The notes: generated from the sequence alone by a model not told the origin. Shown: positions 1-14,021, counted from the stretch's first letter. The stretch is 64,000 nucleotides of DNA from Iphione sp. A-MEVVRFRX5 (GCA_976226885.1 OZ320317.1:55242001-55306000); one strand, 5' to 3'. Numbers and translations are program-made.

Positions 1-110
1 TAATAATATAAGAAACAAAATGATGTATTGGATATGTCTCTACCATGATTCATTCTGAAGTTATACACAAAACAATAAAAAAATAAAAAGTAACAAATGG
101 GTAAAATGTA

Positions 111-155
111 GGGTTGGTCAGGTTACCGGAAACACAGATATTTTTTTTAGGCCTA
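111..155. repeat. Terminal fragment of a MITE-like dispersed repeat (same family as 30732-30961)
   Basis: GGGTTGGTCAGGTTACCGGAAAC...TTTTTTTAGGCC resembles the ends of the 30.7-kb element (TTTTCCGGTAACCCAACC / GTAACCGGAAACAGTTTTTTTAGGC). Confidence 0.4.
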
Positions 156-484
156 ATTCATTTACCGTTGTTTCAATATATTTTGGGCTAGAATCATAAG
201 CATTCCTTGTTGATAACAACACTAAAGCTTGCTTTCAATGATCATGCACGAATATGTTGCCGAATGAGACAAGGGTACAACACCGCCAGTAGAACGTTTA
301 AGAAATAAGCAAGTTATGTATAATAGATTGTTTAAATGCCGGATACTTTATTATCTAGTATATATATACATTTACATCTATATATCTATGGAATAACTGA
401 ATTCATGCCATTCTGTTCGGTGACCCGTGTATTATTTATTAACTCACCTGACGTAGGTGTTAGAACGACATGATAAGCACTCAC

Positions 485-572
485 CTGATAAATGTGCTAG
501 TATGACCAGAAGGAGCAGGAGGAGCCAGACGCCAGTCTTCGGTGAATAGGGTCCTTGGGAACAAGTTACCAT
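485..572 (-). CDS. First coding exon (signal peptide, phase-1 donor) of a secreted or membrane protein gene continuing left of the window
   Basis: Acceptor CCCCTAG|ATCACC-ATG (exon start 578). Translates MVTCSQGPYSPKTGVWLLLLLLVILAHLS-G with a hydrophobic core, then donor CAG|GTGAGT at 484. Confidence 0.6.
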
Positions 573-3500
573 GGTGATCTAGGGGTATATCGCATCAGTC
601 ACGTATATAAAAGAGCAGTGAGGAGTATTATCCATTCACATGTAGGGTTAAGCATTGGAGGGGATCCAAGTTTTCCTGGTAGATTCACCGGTTATAAATT
701 GGCATGAAACATTACTGTACCTCGGTAAATTCAAACAGTGTCACCGGGGGCGGTAATCCATAGGCTTGAAAACAATCATAACTTTCATTATATAAACTGA
801 TTGATGATAAAAAACGGAAAAGCATTGACATGATGCCACATACTTTGTGGAGCAGATCATCTCGTGAACACCGATTGTTAAAGTATTTGACATCAGTCAG
901 TAGTACGTTTTCCACCTTTTCTCTATAGCTAATACTGAGGTGTACAGACACGCGTTCCTTTGTAGATTTAGGCAATGTTTTTAAAACTTAATACCTTTTA
1001 TGTTTGAATGTCCACTGCTGTCTCGCTCGTACAAAGCATGTTCTTCGTGTAATGTTCCATTGCGTATATGAATAAGGAAAGCAATCCGTTTAGAATACCT
1101 TGTCCGCCTATGTAACCAGTCTTGTCGCTCAGCGGAGGCTGACCAAATCCTGTCTCTTCACACACTGTGCGCAAGTTGTACTTTACAGTCCGTTTGACTA
1201 ACTACAGAGTGGGCAGGCAACCATTTGCAACTCTAACATCAACACTGAAGACCTTACCCCGTTTCTGCCAATGGCAGTCTGACGAGATTCACGCACATAG
1301 CGTCCTTTCCGGTCCTGATGTAAGTTCGGCGGGCACATACACCTACGAAAAAGTTGATAGTCAAAATGCGCTTGTAGGTTCTATTTCAAGCTATTACCAC
1401 TTCTGCCTGGTGCTGTAGGTCCCCAAAGGTGATTTTTTCATATGGTCCTTCAGATGCACGATGCTAAGTATATAAGAAAGGTGAATCCGCAGAAACATAT
1501 TGTAACAACACATTCATACGACAGTCAGCATCGCCACGTTGGTAGCCGTATAGCGGTCGCTACACACACTAAAATTAGCCCCATATCCGGCTACAGATGC
1601 TTCGAAGTCGCTGCACGCTAGCAAGCAATTTGTTCTGCGCATTTCTTTCGGGTTGTTGGAATAACTAGGACTGATTTTCCTTTTTAACTTCCCAGATTAG
1701 CCGTTTCGTTGGCGATGGCGCTGAAGCCACTATCAGCGTCGTCGTCTTTGATCGTAGCTCGCCACAGCCGCACTAGAGGGCGGGCTGGCAATATTGCAAG
1801 CGGAAGTCATCGTTCAAGTTCACCATAGACGATAAGGCAGCGCTACCAAGACACGAGCTAGTGAGATTGTTAAGGTGGAGAGAGTGATTATAAGCCTAAG
1901 GTGTGTAGGTGTTTCTGTGCGTAGGAGGGGAACAGGTGTGAAACTTCAGGGATGAATTACACCTACATGCAGCTGCTTGCACCTGCAGGGATGCTCTGAT
2001 CTTCCCTGGAGGTAAACTCCGACGTTTCAGGTGAGCTTAGGGTCATCAAGATGTCTAAGTCCTTCTTATGTAACATCTAAAACTCGAGGTGCATTATCGC
2101 TCACATAAATCTGATGCTTTTTAACTTTCCTTCTCCCCAGGTCTGGGTTCCCCTCTCGGACGATAGGGCAGTCAGTCCGACGATGGGAATGAACATGTAC
2201 ACCTTCAATATATGTTCAACTCTCATATCAGAAACCGGATATGGTGGGTTCCCTTTGATGTAGCTCAGAGTCGAATGCTTGAAAAATTTCTATTTCACCA
2301 ATGTAAACTAAGTTTGTCATATCAAGAAAACTCAGCGTAAACGAATCCACTCCGATTAAGAGATACTGCAGATACGGTGTTTATAATCAAATTGTGAGGT
2401 AACTTCACCTTTCCTTTCCACCTCCTAGACGGTATTGAATCTGTTATTAGTGCGTATGGGTATCAAGATCAACACGTCGCGGCGATAGGCAATTAAGGAA
2501 AGCGGATGAAGTGCTCATTTCAGGTCTCCTCTGACTAGTCCGTGGTGTATCTTCGGTGGGATGCATTTCTTGAATAAATCATGGATACGCCAGTGTTGTG
2601 TAAAAATACTCCCGATCCGATCTCTTTCCAATGCATTGTATTGAGGATATTCTAGGGAAAACGAAATCTTTCCTCCAGTAGTCTTTGATGAATCACACAG
2701 CTAACCTATCTATTGACACCATCGATAATTCCTATTGAAATATTCGGAACGTCCGATGTATGCGCGAAAAGGAAGTAAACTGGCCAGACTCCAGCACATG
2801 AGCAGTTGCCCGTGGGGATGTAGTTCGGCGAATGACCCTGGGCGCGGTCTTAGAGTGGAGCGCAGTTCCTTTGGTGATCGACGTGTATGGCGCCAAGGAG
2901 ACGCCGCCCCGTCACCCGTTTAAGAGCAGCTCGCGCCGCTGTCGAGTGGATGCCAACCTGTCACCTCCGAGCAGCACACTTTGATCATAGAGTCTGTAAG
3001 CACTACAGGCTCCCTGCCTCGGTTCTGTCTTCAAATTGACAGCATCCAACATTTAAACGGAGAGTAAGCAATTTAGACTTAAGTGAATTAAAAAAATAAC
3101 CACGTTCGTGTCGCCATTAAAATTTCATTATTTTTTCATCTCTTCTTTTTCCCCACTGTATCACAACTACCCATTCCTAACAGGCCAGCTTGTCATATAC
3201 AAAAGGTCCAATTTGTGCAACGAGGAATCTCGGGAATGTGAGAAAGAAGTTGTTTTTGCCGACTTAAAGAATTCTTTAAAATTTCTCATTTTTCGAACAA
3301 AAAAGCTGCGTTGAGCAGCAATGATTCATTTCTTTGAAACAATGAACCATTCAACTGATATACACTTATCTGATCCTCGCTGTAACTGTTGGCTAAATGG
3401 ACATGCAAAATAACAAGATCTGTAGGACTCTGCATGCAGGGTGCAAGGGTATATTGTTCTTATTATTAGGCGAATAGAGGATTCCCCTTTGGAGAAAGAG

Positions 3501-4084
3501 ATGGCTGCACTTCGATTGTTTTCGCGATCAAAAGGCTTCCTCATTTTTGCAACCCTAACATGCTTTGAGATGATTAAACGCACGTCCCCTTATATGGATC
3601 AGAAACGACGTGATTATTTTTGACCCCGTTCGTGAGAGAATGTTGTCTGGTCTGTGGTGCGTGCTCATTTCGTTCTCCTTCTACCTCAGTTACCACACGG
3701 ATACTGTAAACAAAATGGAAGTTTTTTTTGTTTCGGTAGGATTTTTTTTACCTTCATCAAACTCAAATTATCCCATATGAGCAGGCACTTGTGAAAAATA
3801 GCAAAAGGAATCGGTATGGGAAAAAGCACCTGTTCAGAAAGGACATACTTGAGTCTAGTTGTTGTCAAATATTAGCCAATCCGTTGAGGGATCATCACAG
3901 GAACGTTACCGAGCGTAGCACAATACCTCGTACAAATTAAAAAGAGTATAAGTGACCAGAGTTAAGAAGCCCAAAGAGCAATGGTTTAGACGCCTAGCTA
4001 AACACATATACATGTATATGTATTACATGTGTATTGCACATATATGTACTTGTCAGTTTGTTAAGTAGCACCTTTTGTATAAGG

Positions 4085-4200
4085 CAAAAAGAGAGAGATA
4101 GAGAAGGGGAGGAAAGAGAGAGGAAAGAGGGAGAGAGACAGAGAGGTTGGGAGACAGGAGGGAGGGAGACACGGAGGTGGGGGGGGGGCGAGGGAGAGAT
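4085..4200 (+). repeat. Polypurine GA/G-rich low-complexity tract
   Basis: About 115 nt that are almost entirely A/G (AAAAAGAGAGAGATAGAGAAGGGGAGG...GGGGGGGGGGCGAGGGAGAG). Confidence 0.85.
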
Positions 4201-7200
4201 TGCCTCAGACGGAGACAGTAGAAGCTGCCGCTGGTGGCCTTTCTATTAACCCTCCTTCGCAAGTGACGTCCATTGAATCATAGCCGCCAGACGCTCTTTG
4301 CGAACCTACATGCTGCTGGTGTTCCTTTGTGACTTTAACGAGAACCACACCCTCTGAAATGGTCTTTCAACTCTTTCCCCCATATCTTTACATGTGTTAG
4401 TGGCTCAAACTGCAAATGCCTAACAAGCATACATTTAATATACCTTTTGTAAAGAAATTTCAAAAACAATGTCACCTCCGAAAGGAACTACCAACGGACA
4501 TGAGGATTTATTTCATCATATTTTAATGATAGAAGTGATTGAGTTAGTGGAGCCTCTTGTGGTCGGCATATAAAAATACTCTGAACCTCAAGCATTATTC
4601 CCTGTACGACATGTTTACTAGGCTATGCTTCACTGATTTGTATTTATGTACATGTATTTATATGTACATGTAAAGTATGTTGGTATATACAAACTGGAAT
4701 ATACCGAGCCCATATAATGGGTAAACGTTTGTTATAATCTCAGTTAGAGTCAGATGTTGCATCTCAACACATCCGCCAGTTGTATGCATTCTAACTACGT
4801 ATAAAATCATCAAGTATAATCGAGAAGGTCTATGGAACGCACTTCCTGAGGATATGAAACTGCTGGTCAAACTTTGTAAAACTACAGAGATTATGCTGTG
4901 TCATCTTATTAGATCTGACCTAAAACTGACTGCTGCGTTGATATAAAATGCGTTGATGTTAATAATCATTTTTCTCTGTCACGTACATCGCTCTTTCATC
5001 CCCACTTTTGCTGGAACAACTCCTAATTCCATTTTGTAATGTAATTTCGAGAAAGCAAATAAGAGAGTTTGAGTTTGAGGAGAATTGGGGAATCTAGCTT
5101 CATACAGCTCACGAGTCCATTCCTTCGGGACAGGCACGTCTCACAAGATTTAATTTCCTTGTAGACTGCAGGGTCCTTGGCCACAGCGCGACAGACCACC
5201 TGCCAAAAGAAACACATTATTTATTTGAAAAGTAACAGAAAAGATGAAAAACTGTCTCAGCATCTTTTATCCTGCGCCTCTGCATCAATTTGCCGTTGAA
5301 TACCCACCTCGTCCGGTTTGCTGCCACTTCTATGCCGCGCCAAGAAGCCATCTTGTTATGTTTAGGGCGTGTTTTTTTTCTTTAGGTCCAGGGCACGGGA
5401 TTCATGTAAGTGTTAGTTTGACAGTTTATTTGATTTCCCAGCGCGGCCTCTAAAGATTCTGAGGGTGGAGCGGTGGCTGGGGCTATTTATTCTGAAAGCA
5501 CGGTCTGGTGTCTCTGGTCCCACTAGGTCGCCCTGTGGCCAGCAGAGGAGCAACACAGATGCTTTTATCCCCACCCACAGTGATGTCCTTCGTGGTGGCA
5601 TATGTTTTTTGCAATAGCTACAGTATACTTCTAATGTTCTTGTAATTTATCGTTTATCGTGTTTTAAAACACTCATAAGTTAATGAGAGGCAATTCAAAG
5701 AGAACAAAAGAATTCAGGAGGAGAGCAGGCTGTAACAAACCTACGTGCCCTTATGTGCGTTTAATTTTGATACACATACGCCGTTGTTTCTTTATTCCTG
5801 TGGAACCTCCTGGTTTAAGCTGTTTACGTTTTATGAATGTGCAAAAGTGTTATTTCCATTTCTCTCATACCTAATGGTTTCTATAAGAAGCAAACATTAA
5901 CCTATGACGTAGGTTGACTTCACTACGAACTATATGTATTTCATGTTTATCAGTAGTGCAATGACACCCACGGATTACTAAGTGCCATTGACCAGTGAAG
6001 TGGACTGATCGTTCGAAAATATATTCAGTCAACTAGACGTGACATTGTGGGAAAAACGTTAGTGTAATTCTAGGCGTTACTGTCATTACGTTGACGACAT
6101 CATGTTTAAAAGTGACTACAGTTTAGATAAACTACGACTTAACGCAGTAAACAGAGCATTGTTTGGTATAAATAACTTTCACTATGTAAAAAGTAATATG
6201 TTTATAACATATTTAAAAAACTTGAATATACGCGTCGTTCAAGGGATTTACGTCGATGAGCCCGACGGTAAAAAGGTACGCTAAATTTCTGTCGTCAATC
6301 AGTCGCCCCCTGGTGACAATGGGTGAAAAACAGAAACAACATCAGACACTCCAGGTCTCCACTCGTTTCCTCTCTTTATGTAAACATCTAGGATGCCTGC
6401 CCTCTCTGCTTTACTGCATATACCCAGACATCCCACCGCTACAAGCCTCCTGCCTCTCTTCAGGTCCTAGCTGGAACCACAAGGGAAAATGAATTCAATT
6501 CAAGTGTTTCGAAAGAAACGAATAGACTATTATTCGAAACGGCTGGACGGGTCGAACTCCCTCCTTTCTGTGTTGGTGGTTTTGAATGAGAAAACATTAA
6601 AAAATGTTGGTGTAAAATTTAAACAGCAGTTGTTTACACGTTCGGTTATATATGATATAAGGACTATATTAATATTCGGTCGCTTAATAAACACTGACAA
6701 CTGTTATCATGCTACCCAGCTACTCATGCACGTCATCACTTCATGTAATCACAATACCATAAACCGTGTACAACCAGAGAACAATAATATCTGTCATCCT
6801 TGCTACTGCGACGTCACCTAAGAAACGATTACCTTGCACCTTGGATGGAATCCTGGCTATCCTGAGATGACGAAAGGAATTTAAGGAGAAGAAGGATGCT
6901 AACGCTCGTTCTTAACAGAGGAGGCACGGACGGAAAATGGTGACTCTAAACGAGGAATGAACTGGGGAGAAAGGAAAAATTAGGAGAAGAATCTAAAATT
7001 TAACCGATTCGCTTTCATCGAACGTTTAATATTGATTCTCTCGCTGGACCCAAAGTGGCTCCTCCTTCATCACACTTATGAGGAACTCAACCGTGTTAAA
7101 ACTCTAGTGAAATTTATCATTGTATTAGCTTCGACCTACGTGTGACTGTCTCACATCTGCTCGTTTCCGTCCTATGCACATCACCTCATTGCCTACCGCC

Positions 7201-8567
7201 TGCCTGTGAACTCGTTTTTTAACAACAACAGAAGGTATCTCTCCCCAAAGTCCTCACAAGGCATCCATCTATAAGCTTGGCTGCTTTGCGCTCAACAAAA
7301 GGTTGTATCAATGCTGTTGCAACGGCTTTACAACAAGGAGATAACGTCTGTTTGTCCCTGAAGTGCTCCTCTCCATTGACTGAATTCATTGCAAAAGTAT
7401 ATATTTGAGCTAATGATAATGTGAAGTTACTGTTATCATCATTGTATAAGTGCAGCATGGCCTGAATCAATGAGGTTGAAGTTCAGTCAGTGGAAGGTGA
7501 TTCATCCAAAGCCAGTCACAATAGAAGGTCATAATCTACAGGCTCGAGGACTAGCGACAATGCTCTTCCTGAGTAAAACATTGTGCATAGGATAAAGTAT
7601 TGGTTGCCATGTTGTAACAACGCACCACTTCGACTCGAATGGAGCCCACACGGGCAGGTGTTTCAACGTGGGTAGTTTCTTTTCCAGGGCGCTGGGCTGG
7701 GTTCAACCCAGGATAGAGTACCATTCCTTTATGAGTAGGGGTCTTACAAGGGGTGGCTGGAATGAGGAGCGAGTCCTCACCAAGGGCTCTGAGCATTCCG
7801 AAATTCGGAATGCCAACCATGCCTGTATCGAGTACGCCTCAAGGTCTCCGTGGATCCTACTGGAGACCAGGGACATCTGATACGTTGAATAAAATAAGTT
7901 GGTTACCGTGCGGTTGTAACAACACGCAATATCGACTTGGTTCAGCGTGAGATCTGGGCTGGAGGCTGCAAATAGGGTAAGTGCAAGACACCCATGTTAA
8001 ATGGCCAGCAGTATTTCATTACAATGTATACGGAAAAATTCGATCAACGTATAAATTCCTTAACATTTCATAATTATACGTTATCTTTTAGAAGCAATAT
8101 TTGTTTTTCTTGCAAATTTGTGCAAATCCCATGCAAGATATACTATATTCATCGATAGTCTGTTGCCATGGTAACCAAGGACAAAGTTCCCATGCAAAAT
8201 ATATTTTATTCAAGACACTCCTCCTTATGAAAACATAAATTCTGCCATTCTGCATAGGGGCTAAGGATAATATTGCCCCACAAGGAGCCATGCATGAAGG
8301 CTATAGAGTATGCTGTCATGTTCAGGATCCTCGGGTGTCAGCTGAATGGCAAGTGGCAGAGTTTATCATAAGGTATATAGATGAGCAAGACAAATCACTT
8401 AAATTTGCTCAAGCCCAAGCAACTCAGACACAATCCCAGGCATAGGCATAGGCACAAGCACAAGAACCCCAAACCCAAGCTCAGGTGCAAGTGCAATCAC
8501 AAACTCAACCATAGGCACAGGTTCTGCCAGATGCTCAAGCTCAAGTAGTACTGCAAGATCCTCTGAA

Positions 8568-8803
8568 CCAAATGCCACCCAGCCACATACCTGTATCAGC
8601 ACAACCACAATTATCAGTGCATCCACAGGCACTGACCAAACTGAAGGTGCCCACCCACCTGGCACAACCACAAGCACTAGAACAACCAAATGCCACCCAG
8701 CCACATACCTGTATCAGCACAACCACAATTACCAGTGCATCCACAGGCACTGACCAAACCAAAGGTACCCACCCACCTGGCACAACCACAAGAACTAGAA
8801 CAA
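8568..8803 (+). repeat. Tandem duplication, about 118-bp unit x2 (about 39 aa, Q/P/A-rich)
   Basis: CCAAATGCCACCCAGCCACATACCTGTATCAGCACAACCACAATT... starts at 8568 and again at 8686. Confidence 0.9.
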
Positions 8804-9117
8804 TGGTTACCTGCATAAGTATAGACAATGCATGAGGGACCAAGATTCCTCAAACTTGACAAGGTATGGTACTATGTAAATGAGCATCTGGAAGCTCAAT
8901 TACAGTTAGTAAAGCCAAGAGTATTCCAAAATACAATACTGTATCAGCATCTTGATCAAACGAGACATATGGGAATAGACAAAATGTATGATAGAATACA
9001 CGGACTGTATTGTTAGAAGAAATTGTATCTAATTTGTCAAATATATTTGAGGGTGTGTTGCATGCAACACCTGGAATTTGAGGAGACAATTACATCCTCT
9101 TCTGGAAATGGAATATA

Positions 9118-9785
9118 CAGTACACTCTCTCCATTCTGGACACCCTCGGTTCTGGCCCAAACCGTCCGCATTTGAGACGTGTCCGCATTGGAGATCGGAC
9201 CAGGTGGGGTCAATTTTGTAGGGGTTCTGGGATGGAAGCAATATCCCTTTCTCCCTCTCTCTCTAGTAACATGTGTATACTTTCTAAAACGTCCAAAAAG
9301 TGCTGAATTTGATGACTTTAAGTCCAAAAAGTGCTGAATTTGATGACTAAAAGTCCAAAAAGTGCTGAATTTGATGACTAATAGAGGTGTGAGATACAGT
9401 CCCTCCAGGGTGTGAGAGACATCAGAGAGGTCACCATTGACACTCCATACCTCTCCCACCTCCCTCTCCAGGGTGTGAGAGACATCAGAGAGGTCGCCGC
9501 TGACACCCCCGGCGGGTATAGACTGTGAATCGGCAGGTTTAGACTGCGAATTGGGGGGTTTAGACCAAGAATAGATTGGTTTAGACTGATTTCAAGGTGT
9601 GAATTCGCATTTCAAGGTGTGAATTCAAGGTGTCCAGAGGGAGACGCTCTCAAAAATTCGCTGTCCTGATTAGAGACATCAGCTTATAATAGGAAACAAT
9701 AGGAAATCAGTTCGTTCTGCATCAAATCGTCCGCATTGGAGATGCGTCCGCTTCTGAGACGCGTCCGCAGGCAGGGAGTGTACTA
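9118..9785. mobile_element. Non-autonomous Tc1/mariner/pogo-like MITE (TA target duplication)
   Basis: TA|CAGTACACTCTC ... GGGAGTGTACTA|TA terminal inverted repeats. Internal 30-bp x3 array (GTCCAAAAAGTGCTGAATTTGATGACT) and repeated GTCCGCATTGGAGAT. Excision restores the flanking integrase frame. Confidence 0.75.
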
Positions 9786-10903
9786 TATTCAATTCCTATT
9801 TCAGTAGATGGCTGCTGATATGTGTGGACCATATCTTGAGTCCAAGTTAGGATACAAGTATTAATTAACCTTGATCGATGTCTATTCTGGGTGGCCTGAA
9901 TAGTTTACCATGAAATATAAACAGGTCTTAACAGTGCCACAATTTTTCCTGGAGGAGGTTATCCCGAGACAGGGATGTCCCACAATGTTGCTGTCAGATA
10001 ATGGTACTGGGTTTATTAATGACATTACGAAGGAAATCTGTGCAGAACTCAACGTTTTCCACATCACTACAGGTCTATACCAGCCTGCTTCTAATGGTAA
10101 AGTCTAGCAGATGCATGGGTTTGAAATGGAATCCTTACAAATCTGACACTAGGAAATACGGAAAGGGTGTATTCCTTCTGCTTTATTGGCTCTGAGGATG
10201 AGTATGAGTAAGTCAACTAAGTATACCCCCTTTTATCTCTTACGTGCAAGAGAGACAGCCTTGCCTATGGACACTTAGCTTCAACCCCATTTGAAATATT
10301 ATGGGGAAAGAATAATGAGGTGGCTATTCAGCACCAGCATCAGGCTATGACTGTGGTTCACCATAATGTTGCTCGGGCATTCCCAGGCTAGGGGGGATGA
10401 TGTCTGCAGGCATTCCCAGGCTATGGCGGGTAATGCCTGGAGGCATTGTCTCAAAAATTAGTTAACCTCTCATTCTTACTGGAAATATTCATGATACATA
10501 TGTGGTTATTACTTTTCTGGTGCTGTTGTTACATAACATGCTCTGATACTTGGCATTGTACCGGTTGTTGGTAGTTGTTGCAATGGATCTTGGAATGTAG
10601 CAAGACAGGCACCAGAAGAAGCTAGTAATATTGCTGTTTATTTTTTTTTGTATAACGTTCAAATACTTCCCATAATTCACATGAGACATACATAGTGTAT
10701 CTGTGTATTGTGATAATCAGTGTAGACTCCTTACAGAAAGGGACCTTATGAGTCTGAGGACCGGTATGGAATTATTTTATTTTAGTTGCATCTGTATTCA
10801 TTATTTGATTCCTATGGTGTGCCTTTAAGCTTGTAGCAATATTGGGTAAATACACCTTGAGTGATGCTAATGGTTAAGTAAGTAACCTTTAGGGTCAATC
10901 TTG

Positions 10904-11393
10904 GAGGTTACTCCAAAACCGAACACTCAAAAACCGAATTGTCCCAAATCCGAACGATATTTCTGGGAACAAAACATTTTTTAGTATCCAGACATTCATA
11001 TAACCGAACGATTCTATCCCAAATCCGAACGATTTTTGGCTGAAATTGACTGATTTCTGCTGACTTTTTGATGCATTTGACTGGTCTTTGCCAAGTTTGG
11101 CTGGTTTTTGCCAATTTTCAGATGAATTTGCCTAAATTTCGCCAATTTTTGGATGAATTTGACTGAGTTTTGCTGATTTTAGACGAATGTAGCTGAATTT
11201 TGCCGATTTTAAGACGAATTTGGCTGAGTTCTGCCGATTTTCAGATGAATTTGAATAAATTTTGCCGATTTGGGGCTTCAGAATATGATGAGTATGTTGG
11301 AAAGTGGCCTTAGGCCACCATTCTAAATCTGAATTATCCCAAAACCGAACGATTTTGGCGGAAACGGCGATTGTTCGGTTTGGGAGTATCCTC
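10904..11393. mobile_element. MITE with 22-bp TIRs and an internal degenerate ~30-bp array
   Basis: GAGGTTACTCCAAAACCGAACA versus the reverse complement of TGTTCGGTTTGGGAGTATCCTC (2 mismatches). Internal GCTGAATTTTGCCGATTTTCAGATGAATTT-like repeats at about 11035-11275. TSD not identified. Confidence 0.65.
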
Positions 11394-13198
11394 TGTACAT
11401 GTATAAGGAAAAAACTAAACAGCTCTCCTTAGACTCATCTACCCGATCCCATTGCTGTACATCTTCTGAATAACTGAAGCTGAATAAGAACGTACTTTGT
11501 GGCAGTGTACTTACTTCTGTTACAATCTTGCCATGTGATGACTTCAGACATGCGACATGGATGTACGATGGTGCTACAACCAAAGTGGTCGAAGCATCAG
11601 TAGTGGCATCATCTGTCAGGAGCAGTTGTGCTTCACGTGCCGGTAGACTCTATCCATTGTCCCATAGCTGCCATGCATTGTTAGCTCGCGTTAACTGGCC
11701 TTTTTGATAATAACCATGATTAACTTAGTAAGAACATAGTCGTAACTAATACTACATTAGAACTGCTAGATTGGACAAACTCAAAGTAACGCTCCTGCGA
11801 CAAGTGTGTCAGAGTAATTAACCCTCGTCTTCACTCTGACAGTTTCCCCTTTGTATGCTAAACACGTGTACTACAGCCCAAAAACATTGCAAGAAATAAA
11901 TAAACATATCTGCATCAGAGATTTCGTGATAATTACAAAATATAAAGATCGCAAGACCCCCTTCTAGACCCACGACAGCTGCTCGTGCCACGCTCCATTA
12001 CAGGTACACACAGGCATAATCCAGGGTCTCACTGGCCAATTTCGAGAAATCACCTGGAACAACGGCACTCTTGATCCGTCTTGCTTCATAGCTTCAGACA
12101 GCCTGCTGCCATCAATTCATATTGCAGCAGATGCAATATTCTGTAGGTCAAAGATTTTCTGCCATCAATATATGAGCACTTTACCAAGAATGGGTTATTT
12201 TCTCTCTTGATAATAGTGCTTAGTAAATCTTCCTTGGTCATTAAAACACTTCTCGGTTCAAACACCCATACTTACCAAAGCAAATACTTGAGTGCTTATT
12301 GCACAAGATTATAGTAAATCAAGTTGCTGCTATAATCTTCACGTAAGTAACTAACATGTATGTACATGTATACCCAAATTTTTTGCCTGATATGATTATA
12401 CCGTGTTTATTTTTCATCGGAGAAATATTTCAAGGAAGCAACCTTTCTTAGATGTTAATGTCTCGCTGAAATGGAGAAATATTTAGCCATACAAGGTATA
12501 TTGATGATTTGAAAGGAGTCCCGTGTTAAACTTGCTTTTATACGAAAGAAAATATATTAATAATTTCAACTGCAGTTAAAAGGTAACATGTCTTGTTTGG
12601 GACAAAATGGAAATAAAGGCTAATATGGTAACTAACGTGACAGCATTATATTATAGGTAAAAGTTTCAACACCTATTTTGGACATTTCCTTCAACCTTTT
12701 CTCAGCTACTCGGAGTGGCGATATTACTCAATATTCATGTGCCTCTGAAATGTCCTTCCCTTCCCTTCCACGTATAAATCTTTAAATTATCCTAGAAACT
12801 TCTATATTCTGATGATGTTAGCATAGAGCAAAACGGCTTTCTTCTATAGATGGTACATCATCCAATGTAGCAAAGGCAGAAATACAGAATAAATAGACAG
12901 AAATAAACTATTTTGAGAAAAAAAGAGCAACTGATGTGTGTAGGAGGACCGTTTACGAAGCTGCACATCTTTTCAGGTGATGTGTTAGCGGGGGAGGAGT
13001 TCGTTTAACGCGGATGGTACAAACTGTTGAAAGACATGCTACATGTGTATAGGTGCGTGAGTTGACGCCTATTTGGTGAGTTAAGGTGGAGGATGTGTTG
13101 GTGGGCGTGGACATACAAGGATGCTTATGGGGATTCGGTGATTTTCCATGTTCATTTATGTGTGTTTGCATCACGCTTTTACTTCGTCTTTATATGTC

Positions 13199-13200
<2 letters not shown>

Positions 13201-13256
<56 letters not shown>

Positions 13257-13282
13257 CAGAGACAGAGACGGAGACGGAGACA
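13201..13282 (+). repeat. Compound microsatellite (GA)n-(GAGACA)n-(GAGACG)n
   Basis: Directly visible. It explains the ERERER/RDRDRD ORFs in the track. Confidence 0.95.
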
Positions 13283-14021
13283 CGGGAATGGAAGGCATGC
13301 CACTACTGTGTGTACATACGTGTGTGTGAATATGATGCTCCAAAGCCCCGGTAGAAGTTACGTGATCGGAGACACAAACCTAAAGACAGTCTCGGCGGTG
13401 CCAGTAGCAAAACATAACTGGCAGATTGTAAGATGACACCACGAGAAAGGAAAACAGTGTCAGGGGATGGATTAAATGGTTTTCCATAAAGCGTATTACA
13501 CCTGAGCATTACAAACAAGGTTTATAAACTACTGTTGGAGGTACTGCACTTATCCAGAGGGTAAAATGGGTTGTCATTTATCAGATTAATTAATCGGGTA
13601 CATTTTGCGATCTTCTTCGTAACGTTCAAATTGTGCCAGAAAAGGTGTGCCGTCCGAAACTGGTACTTCAGCGTTTTCAAGCCGTCGCGTTACTTGTTTC
13701 TGTCTGCCGCATGCCAGGGCAGCTCGAGGGAACACTTAGGAACCCATGCCCTTAGAACTAGACCCTTTAAAATGGGCCTTAACAAGCGCAACCTATTCGA
13801 GATTAACTCCTTTTACACAAATTCGGTCCTCCCGACTAACCATTCTTGATCCACCCCTTGTTTCTTTTAACTATGTGGTAGGCCTACACGTAGTCGTCGC
13901 TTATTTATGTCAATAGACAACAAAAACATACCATCTTATTCAACCGGTGTAATATTTAACAATCTGATGCATAGAATGACACAATGCAGAATTTAGTAGA
14001 TAAAGGCATTCGCAACGGTCT

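Larger units (their letters stand above)
8300..10380 (+). pseudogene. Decayed Gypsy/LTR pol fragment (Q/P-rich linker plus integrase), interrupted by a MITE
   Basis: Remnants: zinc-binding region (HMGIDKMYDRI) and, after removing 9118-9787, PLLEMEY..MAADMCGPY..TLIDVYSGWPE..EVIPRQGCPTMLLSDNGTGF..HITTGLYQPASNGKV. This is an rve integrase core with many stops. Boundaries are approximate. Confidence 0.8.

Noticed and set aside
1696-2560. Possible decayed multi-exon + strand gene with kinase-like fragments (FVGDGA, GMNY)
   Set aside because: Several good splice-like sites, but frames are broken by stops and no HRD or DFG motif is present; cannot be supported.
7551-7980. GC-richer segment with a short TGTAACAAC repeat and partial ORFs
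   Set aside because: No recognisable domain or element termini.
13086-13436. ER/RD-repeat proteins (also 4034-4262)
   Set aside because: Translations of GA microsatellite and purine tracts.
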